From Balanoglossus misakiensis (taxonomy: Eukaryota > Animalia > Hemichordata): a DNA stretch of 64,000 nt. A program made the position numbers and the translations under genes. Numbering within the stretch: position 1 is the first letter of the stretch; every line of letters starts with the position of its first letter. The notes under the pieces are model-generated. The model made no database searches, had not been told where the DNA came from, and worked only from the letters and a program-made list of their open reading frames with translations. The DNA lies in contig CM082580.2 of assembly GCA_040954595.2 (NCBI GenBank), positions 11,174,909-11,238,908 of the forward strand, read 5' to 3'. Positions 1-14,700 of the stretch are shown in pieces.

Positions 1-1326
1 CGGCCGGGGTCGGTGATGGAACGGAGCAAAATAAACTCACCGAAAGCACCTTTGTTTCATTAGGAAACTAGTAATGAAACGCTGAGTACACTCGTGCGGG
101 TCTCTCTGATGTAAAATATCGATCAAATGAAGGTTGACTTAGAGCAAGAGTGACATTGTGTCAATATTATTAAGATCTATATGAAGTCGCGGTCTCTGGA
201 GGAAGCGAACGTTTAATGACAGAGACGCGCGATAACAAGGAAATGTCGTCAGACTGTGCTCTGAACAGCATACACATTTGAAAGGGCAACCGACTACGAC
301 TAATGTTCTGAGAAACATGGTTCCTTTAACCCCTCCCCCCCCCCCCCCGGAAAATATTTAGTCTCCTTAAAAACTCTACATACCATAAGTACTCTTTTAC
401 AATGCAACCGTGAAAACAATATTTTATGGTTTGAAAAATCAATTAATATAACATTTACTGGAACTGTTCACAATGGCCCAACACCATTACACAAATGTTT
501 CTTAACTCTCTTGTTTACCTGCTGGTAATTTTCCTTGACTGATAATGATTATAAGGCAGGCCACTTTTGCTACCAGATTTTCATTTTTTTTTTTTATTCA
601 CAAAATTAAATAACTACAAGTAAGCAACGCTGGGTTCAATACAGGGCTTAAAGTTGTCAATGTTTGGGATGCAAATATCGACGATGCAACCTCGACCTTT
701 TCCGTATCACGTGTGATGGACACGCGAATGTTGCTTTCAAGGAAACCAGGAAGGCAACATAATTGTCACAAAGGAAGGAAAAGGTGTGAAGTAGTTCCCC
801 CGAGAAACGCCACTCTAATTAAAATGTGCGAAAAAAGGGTCTTGAAGCATTGATATATGAAGGAGAGACCGCCAATCCACACTTTACAAAGGTGCAATGA
901 GATTACACTACATTTAGAAGTTTCGTACATGCATGCCTAATTAAGCCTCAGAGGTAACGAATGACAGATTTTCACGGTCAAATTTGCTCTTCTGGAAGAC
1001 GTGATGCGAATCTTCACTACTTTGCAAATATTAAAATTGTAAAACGCAATTGTCGGTCACAAAAAACAGCTGTTGATGTTAATATATGGTTCTTGAAATA
1101 AGAGAGACAAGGCAGAAAAGCACATGTACCCTTTGACAGTGAGCGAACTATAGGCACACAAGGTTTTTCACCCCACTTATGATAATTTTAGAGGGGACAA
1201 TAATAAGAAAAGAATCGAATTTTGCTTTGTTTGTTTGTTATCGCACAGGGTGACTCAATCGAATCAAACCATTCGACATTCACATCTGCCCACGAGTCTC
1301 CTTGTAAATAGCTAGAGCGTGGACGT

Positions 1327-1794
1327 CCGGTGGTGACACTCGGGATGGGGGGGGGGGGATATCCATGCGTGTTCCCAAAATCATGGGGACGGGGACGGTT
1401 TTTTTTCCTATCACGGGTCCGTGAAATCGGGGAAAGGGGGTACTTTTAAAAGAACCGGCTAAAAACGGATTGAAATATCCCGAGAAATATCTATCAGACA
1501 CTCAAACTTCACCCCAGACTTCAACAAAGTTTCATTGTGCGTTGCTCTCGTTAAAAAACTGGTACACAATCGTGTTCGTTACTGACACCCTCCTCTATAC
1601 GATTATAGACTGAACCTAAATATATAGCGTCTGACTCGCCTGGATTTTGTAATCAAGGGGGAGTTTTTCGGTCTTGTTTTCTCCCATATTTCTCAACTTA
1701 TAAAGGGAGTGTTTTTGATGAAAAATCCCAGGGTTTCTTGCAATTTTGTGAAACGAGCATGAATGCCCACGCTCCGTTTGAGTGTGACCATCGG
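1327..1794. mobile_element. MITE / non-autonomous DNA transposon (~470 bp)
   Basis: Terminal inverted repeats ccggtggtgacactc ... gagtgtgaccatcgg (13/15) with further imperfect subterminal complementarity; second partial copy at 2330-2541. Confidence 0.7.
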
Positions 1795-2329
1795 GAATGA
1801 AATCGGATAGCTCCGTAATATTATTTCTACAGACCTGATCAAGACTTCTCTTTCCTCACTAGGATAGAATGCGTGGACCTCTCTCCCTCTCTCTCTCGTG
1901 GCATTTAGATGAACGACGCTGCTAAGAGTCTGACCCCGACAGGATATGAGGCGTGGGAAAATACCAAAAAGTAGCAATTCGACATCAAGCGAACGTAATA
2001 GTAAATACCAATTGCTACATTTCAGCGGGAGATTTCATATATGATTGGGCAAAGGAAAAGGAAGCGCCCGATTGGCTGAAAGGGATCTCCATCAGGATCC
2101 GCATGTCGATGCAAAACTCTGTACATTTCAAATAACAGTTATATGTTCTCCAACAATCTCTCTAAGAACATACTTGACATGGGTGTTCTTAAAATACACG
2201 AATTTTTGCGCCGTGAAGCACTGTGCATTTTCGGACTCTCATTTCCCTATGCTCTGAGGGTTGAAGCAGACAAACACACGCAGCTTCAGCCTAATATGTT
2301 TATGCGTTGGAAGATGAGAGAAATCCAAC

Positions 2330-2541
2330 CTGGTGGTGGTGTCATTCTCGAGGGAGATGGGTATTCCCAAAATCAAAGGGAAGGGGATGGGTTTTTTTTT
2401 TCCTATCACGGGTCCGTGAAATCGAGGAAAGGGGATACTTTTTAAAAGAACTGACTAAAAACGGTTTGAAATATCCCGAGAAATATCTATCAGACACTCA
2501 AACTTCAACCCGGACTTCAACAAAGTTTCATTGAGCGTTGC
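2330..2541 (+). mobile_element. Truncated second copy of the 1327-1794 MITE (left part)
   Basis: Highly similar to 1330-1545 (tcctatcacgggtccgtgaaatcg...gaaatatcccgagaaatatctatcagacactcaaacttca...cttcaacaaagtttcattg.gcgttgc). Confidence 0.8.
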
Positions 2542-2566
2542 AAAATCCTGTTCAGATTCGCTGATA

Positions 2567-2645
2567 TAGTCTCAGTTACCCAGAGTCCTCTGCTTCTTCC
2601 GTTTGGCACTCTAGAGAAGCAGAGGACTCTGGGTAACCGAGACTA
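2567..2645. mobile_element. 79 bp hairpin mini-MITE
   Basis: 31 bp arms tagtctcagttacccagagtcctctgcttct / agaagcagaggactctgggtaaccgagacta with one mismatch; TA at both ends. Confidence 0.75.
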
Positions 2646-5600
2646 GCTGATTACGAGCTCTCTCCTTCGCACCAAAGTTGCAAAACATTTAATTGAAAGT
2701 GAGCTATACTTCAAATATTAAATAATTAGCCTGGCGTGCTATTAACCTCCGAGAAAAGTAATTCCGTACGAATGCCCCCGACTTCTCCCATTTTATCGTA
2801 ATTTTAATCAGCGGCTGATAACCTGCGTGACGGGCGTGCGAGATGAGTTTACATCATTGAATCACATACATGTCAACAAAGCAGCCGCAGGTAAAAATAT
2901 AAAAATGACTCCCTTCGTCAAAGAAGGCCTTGTTACGCTGTTTTTCACAAATCCAGTCTTTGGGGGTAGGTATTAGAGAAGCGGTTAAGACATCATCATG
3001 TGTTTTGAACAGATGTTGAGGGGGGGGGATAACTTTAGCCAATCTTCTGGCAAATTACGAACAACTAAACCCGTAAAGGACGTTGTTGCCACGACAACTA
3101 TCTACAAATACGTGCGTACCTTCGTGAAACCCTACTCTGAAGTGTGGGTGACGTGTTGTGTAGCGTTAACATAGTGCAACGATCACGCGTCACTGGGTCT
3201 CAGTTCGGAAATCTTTTCAAAATGTCAAAGACTGCGCGTGGAACTCGGACAAACGATTTTTTCAAAACATACACGCATACAGACATGCATGCATACATGC
3301 TTTACAGGTTCGTTGAATCAGAAATCAGGGATGCATCCCCGACACGCATGCCAACTTTAGTCTCATCTGACGTATGACCTAATCTGGGTAGTATTAATAT
3401 AGCCGCACTGCAAGATCTGTCACGCAAGTACAATGTACATTGTAATTACCCCTGCAGTTTCCAAGCGACAAGAACTAAAAATTACTTTGCAGTTTCACGC
3501 CAAAACTCCAAAGCCCAATCACTGAAAACAACAATAATTGGGTTATATTTTTTGTCTGTCGGGATGGAAGGTGCGACTGGGTGTTACCTGCGCCAACAAA
3601 TATACTCCGAAGTGGAGTAATAGTGGCCTATATTTTCCACTAAAGGCGATTCCTCAAGGGAGGGTCATATGAGAAATGTTAAAGGATAGGTAAGGGAGAG
3701 AGCTAGCTCCAGACACCCTGACGACGTACGTTTCAATTTACAGTTTGACATATGGAGATAGGACATTGATGGAATATCTCACAGAAAAAAAGCTGCTTGA
3801 ATTAGAGGCCTCCAGAGATGCACTGGGGCTTGTAGTTGAATTCACCGAACGCATATTCGTAACTCTCGCTCTCTCTCTCTCTGATCTGATCAAATGTGTA
3901 AGCCAGGGTACGAAATTCGAGACTGACGCTGGGGAAAACGGAAATCATTTCAGGGAATCCGTTCCGTTTCCAAGTGCCGCGATCTTGCTTATATGTCTGT
4001 TTCACTGAGGCTTGTAACGTGACTTCTCGAGTCGTGCCTCTGATTATAGATTCGGTAGAACTAGTCTCTTTCAGGTCGACTCGGCGGGAGCTCAGCACTT
4101 AGAAGTGATAATGCACACCGTGCTCAGACCGAAGGTGTCGGGGACCTGTCACCGGCCAGTCAGGCATAAACGCGTGCGCGTAAAACGCATCAAAGTTCAA
4201 TCTCATTTCGCTCCACTGACGGTCCAGTCAGGTTGCACACATTCAGTTGACACTGAGAGTGAAGCTTGCGGTATCGATTTTGGTTGGAGTAAAATCATAG
4301 CAGCGAGAACGTCAGTTTAATCCCACCAAGGCAAGTCGAATAATGGTGACCGAATCTGGTAATGCATCCCCCATGGCCGGTTCGAGTTACGGTGGGGGGG
4401 GGGCGTAACACAGTAGCCATCAGTTTCATCCACGCTCAATACAGGCAACTAATCAGCCTCGGAAAAATTCTACAAACGCGATGAATAAATGCGAGCCGCC
4501 AGGTCTAATTACGGCAAATCTGTAGAGACAGTGGTGCGTTAAGTTGTTTAAAGTTAAGTAATAGCCGCGACTGACTACAGCCCTGTCGATAAGGCACGGT
4601 ACCCACACGCAACTGTGCCGGCAGCACACACCTTGCTATCTTGACCCAACGGACTGACGAATGACGGCATAGGTTAAATAACTGGCGTGGACATTGCATC
4701 GAAGTCAACACCAGGAAGTGACGGTGCGTGACTGTGGCCCTGAAGACTTTCGCAAAAACAACTCGCGGTTATCAATGCCAATATCTTGTAAATGTTTGAA
4801 CATGGATTAGCCTTGTAAAACAACATTTCATTCGATCACCTTGTACTATCCCCGGGTAGTTCAGAGTTTTTAAATTCCAAATAACGCACCTTTCATGAAC
4901 CAAAGTTAATATTGTAAAAAAGGGTAAAAAGCGCGTCCTTTAAAACGCGCCGTTTTCAAAACTATGTAAAATAACAACCCGCCTGTAAGGATCCCCTTTG
5001 AATAATCGTTATTTACACTTTTCTGAGCATGTGCGGAGATAGTTTAGTGGGTTTATCTAACCTATAAAAAAACTCAAATGCGAACCGCGTGGTAGTATCA
5101 GAGATAATCCAATTTTAGTATTACCGCAAATTGCTCTAATTTGTCTTCTAACCCCAAACGCATTAAATCAATTTTGGAGCTAACCAAATTCAGCATACGA
5201 CGACAGGAGTGGAGTGGTGAATTAACCTTTCAGAAATCTCTCACAGTCACCAAAAAATGTTAAAGCTTATTATACACGCTCTACTTGGGTGGCGATCGGA
5301 TGAGTTACACGCAGACGGGCACGCCTCCTCCGACATAGATGCCAATCACTTGCGAGGTGAAAAATAGCCAATTTGAGAATCGTTTAGATGCAGCGCTCGG
5401 TTAGAGTATATACTTGAATAGCAAATTTACTGCAGGCTAATTAGCATAATTCTTCCGATGACCACGGGCCTCGGACTTTAGGGTCGCGATGCTGCTCAGT
5501 GCAGCGTACGAAGCGTGATCAGATAGTAAGAGAGAGGCGGTGATCGAGGAAGTCTCGAGGTTAGCCTTGACTTCCCATGATACCCCACCTTCAATCAATT

Positions 5601-7450
5601 CGGTCCTCAGTTCATCGCATTTGCCTCCGGAAAAGAAACGACGTAGGTAGTTTCCGCACCGAACTAATGCATGTATAGATGCGGTAACGTGTCACAGTCT
5701 AGTACGCCAAACAGACTAGCATATCGATTTTTTGAATACATCTTTTTTCATCGCAGGTAAACCAGCCAGGACTTGGAATGAAGATACCGATCGGTGGTCG
5801 GAGATGCGTTGGTGCTCTTTTAGGTGGGAGACAAGAATAGATAACGGAATTTCAAATAAATAAAGGAGGGAAGGCGACCAAGCAGCAGATTTTAGAAGGA
5901 AGAGAGGGGAATCTTGATCTTCACGTCGGAGGACAGGTGAAATCTAAGGTAAAACTTGTACTTTTTAATGATGTACATATAGAGTGCATGATTGTACCTT
6001 ATCGGTTGCAGAGGGCTTTATGACAGACGCATTATTCGCACATACAGTTTCTGTGTAAGTCTATTATTGATTGCTATTATCGGGGAAGTCACCTAGGAAA
6101 CACGACAGTCTGGTTTCGATAATTGCGATCTGTTCAGTAAACACTAAAACAACGTATCGCCCCCCCCTCTCACCATCTCCTGTTTTGCGCATGTCTGATC
6201 AAGGTGCACAGATATATGAACGCGTGTTTTAATAATTGCAAACGCAGTAAAACTAAATGAGCTTAGCCGACATGTTATCCCTATTATACAGTTGTTTTAA
6301 AAACGCTGGAACACAGGAATAATTGTTCGACTTTCTGAAAGGCTATTTTTCGTGACATACATGTCATCTAAAATTTAATCATATAGCCTGGAGGCTTGTA
6401 ATAATTGCTATCCACTGAAAGGAAAAAAACCCTACCCGGCATAATATCCTTGTAATGACTATCGTATATGATGCTGTTTAATGACCTTCGCTGCATGCCA
6501 CGGTATAGTTCCCCCTTCCTTCAATTTTAAGGGGTGTAATTATTTACAAAGCGATGTGGAATGACCCTATATAAAATATCCTTTCAGTGATTGACAGCAG
6601 GGGCGTGGCTTACCACATTACGTAAATCCCACTACCATGTCCTTCATCATGATGTACATTTTGTAAGCTGATTTGGTTTCCAACAACTCTGTTCCGCCTC
6701 TGTGTGTTTGTCTTTGTTCGTCGTGAGTTAATCATACATACACTCTCTTGAATAAGTCTTTGCATTTGATTGAAAGTAATCGAACAAAAGAAGGGTGTTT
6801 ACATAACTCCACTGTACTATTTTTGCTGAATAGAAGTGCATTTATATACAATATAACTTCACTGTACTGTTAGTTTAATGCAATGCGACACGAACACAGC
6901 CATTTACTGTTAGTGTTAGATTGCCGTTTACTTTAGAAGCCGATGAGCCTCAACTCTGCGTAATTCTCTAACCTAAACAAATCTTCCAATTATTCGCAAA
7001 AAAAAACCAAGTGTATGGCAAGCGAAGTTGGGTGAGCCCACAATAAAATGAGACAAACTCCAGCGAGACCTAAAATTTGAGAAGACATCGATTATTAGGC
7101 AATGGTTCTTTAAAGCCAACGCAAACAATGTTCTCATTAAGGAACTAAAGCATCTGATAAAACTGACGTTTAGACGCGTGAGTTGAAATTTTTCGATGTT
7201 CGAATTGTCCCACTTGGGCGGGAAGTATTTTCTTTGCAGGTTCAGTGGACGCGAGTTGAACAGATCGGATGCTGTGAAAGCCTATATGTCCCACCCGGAC
7301 CACTTTTCATATTCAAGTCATGCTCCCGAGATTCACAATTCACGGAATTGCCTAGCGAGCAAGGAGTAAGATTACGGGTGAAATAACTTCTATACTGCAG
7401 TCAACGTAATACTTAAGCTGATGAGATTTAACAAAAAGCGAAGTGCCTAG

Positions 7451-7496
7451 CCTGTCTGTCTGTCTGCCTGCCTGTCCGTCAGTCCGTCCGTCCATC
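7451..7496. repeat. Compound tetranucleotide microsatellite (CTGT/CCGT)
   Basis: visible tandem units. Confidence 0.8.
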
Positions 7497-9807
7497 GTAT
7501 ATGTGTGTGTCTCTCTGTCCGTGTGTATATATATGCATGCCTAATGGGTTGTCTGCATCCCTGGCCGGCTGGCTGTATGGGTACGGGTACTGCATAACAT
7601 TAACAATCACTGTTGTTGACATGGCAGTGAAACCCGCAGGTATCCTAAGAAGGGCAATTTAATTACATTCATTTCCGATGTGTTCCCCCACGATACACTC
7701 TCTTGAATTCAGTAACCGTAACTGCGTCGCGCGAACAGGCACTTAGGTTTTTTTAAATCCAATATCGTCAGTCCCTTTGTTTTAGAATTTCCGTGGCAAA
7801 TTCAACATTTAAACGCATGGCTGTTCAACATCATGTTGCAACAAGTCAATTCTTTCACATCGAGTTAAGTGAGTTTCGAAGTAATTTACATTTTGCAACT
7901 AAGGCAATGGAGACATAATTCTATTGTCTCAGACAGACATTTGCTTGACGATTCCTATTTTTCATTTGATATATTACAACAAAGTGTCGTGAGCATTGTA
8001 AGTAAGAATTTCGACGCTGACAGGGGTGTGTCTTTCTTCTACATGGCCATGCTCTTAAAAGTGTTAGCTGTAAGTTAGAGCGCGTCAGATATGTTTAACT
8101 CGATACTCGGTCACTGTCTGTTTTCGATCTATTTTCCTGGACCCTGAAGGCAGGAATTGTCGTAATTACTCCGTTGTATCGAAGTACTTTGTCAGATAAA
8201 GTGGACACACAAGGCCTCTTATCACGTGACACCGGGGGCTATAAATGCGTTTGCGTGACCTCAAAGTTCCCTGTGGGACATGAAAAGTCCGAAAACCGCC
8301 AAATATCGTTATTTGTGTGGGTGCGCGCTATAAGTTACGAGTAATTAATTTCCATTTTCAAACTCGCGCTGTGTACTGAATAATTAGCGAGTCAATTTAT
8401 TTAATGATATCAAGTAACAAAGAACATCATCCAAAATTGTTGACATAAATTATTGCCATTAAATTAATTTTATAACCGCGCTCTGTCGACTTTTCCTCTC
8501 GAGGACGAGAGGAGCAAGGCGGAAATGCTTCCATAATATTACAACACAATAGACCAGTTTCCGAATTCCACGAGTCCCAGCGAGATCTCGCGTGGCTAGG
8601 GAGTTTATATGGGAGGGCATTCTCATGTGACGCATGACACACAACACAGGCTCATCTTGTAAAACGGCACCTATTCTAGTTTCATATAAAGCTTGACATG
8701 TACTTATTAGCCAGCAACCCGTTGCTACGGTAATTATGATGTAAAAAGACATTAATATTTTATCAGGTTTGGTGTAATGACAAAGACCCCTTTACGTGTG
8801 TTACTTTCGGGGATTGATGTATGACAGCCCCTATTTCGTTGACATGTCCTAAATTGTGAATATTGCCAATCAAAAGTAAGTTTTCGAGTGTCTATTCATG
8901 GCATTTGAAGCTATCCGGTGAAGCAAATAGCTCATTCTTTGATGTCATACAGGGTCGACAAAATGGACATTTAATCTGGGTGGCCGCTATATTGATGTTT
9001 TGTCGTCCGCAAGAGCACGTGTTTCATGAAAGTAATTTCCCATATTACTTGTATACACAATGCTCGAATATATGTGTGGCCACACAATCGAAGTCACATG
9101 GGACGAAGCAATCATACCTTTTCACATGTCTGAGAGTTATCACAAAGGAATGACGTACATACAGAGGCAGGTAAGCCAGCTATTATCGAGTGACGTCTAA
9201 GAAAAGCCAATGAACGCGAAGGCCCGGGAGTTGTTCATGCGCTGTTTACAGTCTCGTTTCGCTACGAGAAAAGGAAAACGCGATATACCTGGGCAGCAGA
9301 TTAATCCAAATCGTCCCGGTGTTTTATAAGTATCGATACAAAAATACAAAATCCCCCGGGCTAGTTACCTCACATCATGCACGTTACATATTTTATTCCG
9401 ATAAGCTTATTTGGTAAATTTTTAATGAGCATTTCATATTACATTCAACCATTTGACATTTATGGGTTAGTGATGTACGCACTTGGTGTACCCCACGTAT
9501 TTTACTACAAATGTAGCACGCGTTTTAGTTTTAGCATTTGCATTTAATTAATTTAACAAATTTTAATATAGGAATTAGAGATTTCTCTAATGTTATCATC
9601 TGGCAACATTGCCAAAATTTATAATGAGAAAATCAACAAATGATATATCACAGTATAAGTCAACTGGTAGCAAATCTCACATTTATCGGTTTGAAATACT
9701 AACTGTCTACTAAAATCTGAAATCTAGAAGAACTACACTTATATATACCCGTACTTATGCCTCATTCTTCAACAGTCGCGGTTATTAAGAATTTGAATCT
9801 GCCAAAA

Positions 9808-9890
9808 TGATTGATGGATGGATGGGTGGATTGATGGATCGATTGTGATATTGATCTGACTGACTGACTATTGGTTGATTGATCTATTGG
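9808..9890. repeat. Degenerate tetranucleotide microsatellite (TGGA/TGAT/TGAC)
   Basis: visible tandem units. Confidence 0.7.
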
Positions 9891-11676
9891 TGTCTTTTTC
9901 AGAGTCTTATGCCGTTACAGTATACGTATGCTCGTTTCCGCTCAAAAATGTGCGACGATGTTTTTCCCACTATCCATCATGTTGCGTGGATTACTTTCAA
10001 AATTGAAAAAGAATCAGTTAGTCAGCTCAGTTTTTATCACTTATCATATTGTTTATCCTTCAGTGCTTCATAAGCACCAATACGCTAACGTTTAAAAATA
10101 AACTCTCCACAGTGTATGCGACATACGGTTTGATGGGGGACATTCGATACGTTTTCCGATCTTGTTAACTGTAATTGTAATGCGTTAATAGAAATAATTC
10201 TGTTTAATCTCGCATGAAAAGGTACGTATATCGCAGGCTGTGTTGGTCCACCGAATCATTGTGTAAAAACTTATGTTCGATATCTAAGCCAGTACTCTAT
10301 CTGGGGTGATGAATATCCAAGTATTCTATTGCCTCTCTCGCTCGTTATACGCCAATTGAAAAGACAAATTATTGGGAAATGCATAGTTTATATTCCAAAA
10401 ATATCAACTTACATTATTTTAAAATTAATATTGTGAAATAACCTGACTGTCGACAGAAACTGGGCAAATAGTGCCATGACTGAGCAAACATTCCACCAAA
10501 ATCCGTGTTAAAGCAATAACTATTCCATACAGCACCGCTGGCTCCTGGGGCGGTCCGTAAAATGCTTTCTTATTATTTGGACTTCCTGAAAAGTTAAAGG
10601 TTTACGTTTGATAGCCAGCCGTGTTCTGACCCCAGCAATGCCCTCACCCAATAATCAGAGGTTGTAAATCATCTTATGGCTCAATCGTAATCTCGTAAAA
10701 CTGTATCGATTCATCAGTTCCAGTCAGTGTTAAAACTTTTGTTTGAATTTTGATGAAGGTGATAATCATACTAAGATCATTTAGGGTCTACTGAATGTCT
10801 ATTTTAATCAATATTTCCTCGAGGGGCGCTGCACTTTCGATGGCGATTTTTGCCAACACTTTATGACAAGTGACACCTATCAAAGGAAGGGAAGCCATCG
10901 TCCTGAAGGAAACACGTTAAAGGTGACACATGTAAGGGGCACATACATTGTCCCGTTCTTCTTTCATAAGTCGTATACTGCTTGCAATGGTCTATTTCTG
11001 CCTTTTTGTCCACACTTCAGACGGATATAACACCGCCTTAATCTTTCCTCAACACATCATCATAATCTGCCAATTCTCAAATGTCGATACATTATTCACA
11101 GTGGGAATAGACGCCAACTGAACAGTACCAGTTCCCCTGCCCCGAATGCCTGAGCAGTACCACCGAGTCCTCTGCCCCTTAATGCAACGTTACGACAAAG
11201 TTACGTTTTACAGTGTAGGCCTACGCTTGAATGAAATAGTCAGACACTGTGTGAAGGCAGAATGAATTAATCAGGAGGCAGAATGTCATTTTGAAGTGCT
11301 TTGACTGCGATAACGGGAATTTATAGTAGATGGCTTCGATAAAGTATATTGTTAATGACGCGCCGTGCTTCATAATGAATATCAACTAGTGCTGTGTGGG
11401 CAGGAAAACGTCTGAAACAGTCAAAATACACATGTCCAAAGGTATAAGTATACCCCGTGGGCCTGATTAATTAAGAGACTCTCGTATTGTAATGCATCGT
11501 TCATGCTAAACTGTAGCTTCATTGATTGGGAGTTACAACCGACCATAATCTTGTAAAATATAACTCCGTTATGGTACATCTGTTTCGAATAGTTTCATAA
11601 ATTGTCCGTGAATGGACAGATCATTGGATTTTCTTGTCAAACTTGCTTTTCAATTTGGGTCCTTGATATTCAGTTA

Positions 11677-11797
11677 TCCATCCATAAATCCATCCATCCA
11701 TGCAACAACCAACCCACAAACACAACCCTACCGCCCACCCACCACCCATCAATCCATCAAGCTATCTCTCTATCTCTCTATCTAGCTGGCTAGCTAG
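11677..11797. repeat. Degenerate tetranucleotide microsatellite (CCAT/CCAA/CCAC/CTAT)
   Basis: visible tandem units. Confidence 0.7.
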
Positions 11798-14700
11798 CAG
11801 TTAAAGTGCATATTGAAGTCATGGACAGGAAGCAACCTACAGAAAGCCAGTTTGTGTGAAAACATCTGGTGATGCTTATTGTCCTCACGACATGCATGTT
11901 GTTGACACAAAATTGCATGAAAGAAAAACGTACAGGTTATTATCAAGACTACGCGTGCAGGAAGTCTCAATGTGTACACTACACGATTTGATCCCATTCA
12001 ATTTGCCAGGGTCACTTGATCTATTTTTACAAATAATTTGTCATTTAGCTTGAAAAATGAATACTACTCATGTCCGTGTTATTTAGATATGTGTTAAGAA
12101 GCCCGCATTTAAAGTTCAAGAGATTCAGTTTCACATTTAAAAAGGGAAAATTCACATTCTCATTGAATGCTCCATCCATATTGTGGCACTTGCCGTTAAT
12201 AAAAGAAAAATACGTGGAAATTTTCTGTCATTTAAATATATATTTGTCAATAATGGAGTGTGTCAATATTGGAGGAATGTTTTCAGACGTGCCTGCGGGA
12301 ATAACATGTATTCAAGAACTGGTTTTGATTCTGAGTTGAGAATCGGGAGAGCAGCAATTATTTGCAGCAAGAGCGTGCATACTTATCGAGTCGGAAGTGA
12401 CAGAAAAACAATTCTCTTTGCGTAATGGAAATATAGTGCATGCAATTAAAGCGCTTCTTTAAATCCTATTTTTTCTACTTTGCCGCGTTTGTGCAAAAGT
12501 GTAAACTGCGAGAGAGAGAAAGGCAGAGAAAAGAGAAATCATTCTATTTCGAGATTCGTCGCCCAAGGGCCTGTTTGTGCGATTTGCAGTTACATATAAC
12601 TCCAACAATGTCATATTGTCCGCTTACTCGACGCTTTGCTGCATTTGCCTTGTGTATGCATGTGATTCTAATAAAACACGCGTCCTGTTTGTGTGTGTCT
12701 GTTTTTTTGCGTACAGAGAACTAAACCTTTGCAAGCTTGGCTGTAGAAAATAGAGCTTTTGTAACAGAAATACTTCGCATGGAACATGCTGACCCTTCAT
12801 CACACCAGAAGGAGCAAGTGCGAACATCCAAACATAATAAGCCATTTCAGCAAGTTGCCTTGAAGCTATCTTTTCAATCCTATACTACAACTTGTTATCC
12901 GACATAATGCGGTTAAAGCTGTGTCTGTAACATGCCATGTTTTTCCATGGAAAATTCTGTCGTCGATTCATGGTACCTGCGCTGCGTCGTATTTTTTATA
13001 AATCCATATTCTCCACCAAAGTCAACTAAAGGAGCTCCACAAAATATATACAGTTGAGTTTTGCAGTTGATGGCGACTTTTGAACTTAGATTCACTAGCA
13101 GTGAAAATCACAGGACACCTAATCTGTTTCTATTTTGTCTGGCATTTACAAGGCTACGTGCACACGGAGGCTTGATCGAATCTGCGGGGGGAAATCAGCG
13201 CTAGTTTTGATTGTTTGTGCTAGCAGTGGACGTCATGATAATTGAACTGCAGCATTGGCGGCATTTTCCCCTGATCGATCATATCCGGAAAAGATTCACC
13301 TTGCGCATTAAATCGCCGATCGGCGCGGAGACGAAGCACGCGCAGCGTTGGCGCCGTTTCCAATAAAGGTTTTTGCTGCCGTAAATTGTCTTTTCACGTT
13401 CGATAAAATTATCTCCGCAATAACAACACGAAATCAATAAGCAAAAATACAGCCAGCTTCCATCGAAGACATACACGGCTCGTTTCGATTTGAAATGAGC
13501 ACATAGTCGATATTTCAATGTGTCCCGATCAAATCTTCTCCGTGCCTACGTGTTGGGAAGCCTAAAACCCATTTGCAAATAAAACATTTCGGGCCTTTTC
13601 CACGAGTAATGAGCGAGAATTAAGCACTTATTGCACAGATATAGTATTTAAATCAATGCACGTGAGATTCGGAAACCGCCGCCAATCTTCTTCCGCAATA
13701 CCGTAGCTTTCCTCAGAGAAAAAATAATATCGCTGGAGCGAATCTTTAGAAAGTATAAAAGGTCGTAAGATTAGTTTGTGGCAAGCAATATCCGCATCTA
13801 TTAGAGAACTCCATGGATCTCTCACATCCAAAAGAAACCACTTAAAGGCTTCCTCATTGCACTCAACTATCACTCCACCATTTTCTTTCGTGCAATTTAT
13901 TTCAAGAATCTTTGAACGAAGACATCCAAACGCGATCATAATTTTTTACACCTCGTTGGCTCTGTAAATAGAGCTCCCATCTATTGCTGCTTCTGATACA
14001 ACGGAAGTCAGAAGACGTTCGATTCAAAACTTCCTTCAACGTTCGATCATCGACTACAGTATTTTGCAATCTTCAAAAACATGATTGCCAGTTTTCATCG
14101 TACTAACCTGATGGTGCTAACGCAAGGTCTATTTCAATCGTACCTTTTCAAAAGTTGTTTTGGCCGAACGTGGTGATACAAACGGCGTCTTTGAAACTTT
14201 TATTATTCGGATATTTAGATGTCGTGCTATTCCGCAATAAACTCTAATTCTTCCAAAACTTATGCTCAGCAGTGCCAGATAAAAATCCATCAAACTCAAA
14301 CTCAATCACTCGGGGACACTGTACCATCCTCGATCCCAGGAAGAGACTTCCTCTTTCTCGATACATTTTTCGAATTTAGGTGCCCCGCGCACATATTCGG
14401 CCAGAACTGGATCAAGTCAGTGCATTGTTACGTTGTGGCTACGTCGTCGTTCAAGAGTTCGGCTATTTAGAGCTTTTATCGGCCTATTTTTAGAATACCA
14501 TTGAATCATATTCTATGCCATGATCGAACTGCTATTGAATGGCAGAGTAGCGTTCAGAACTGAACAAGGTTGTTGCAAACCGATCCGATTCGACTCAGAG
14601 CGCCAAAGACTCCACACAAAAGTACACCAAAGCTCTAAAACCTCATCCATCACTCTCCATTAAGACTAACACTCGGTGCGCTAAAATTGACCACTTTATC

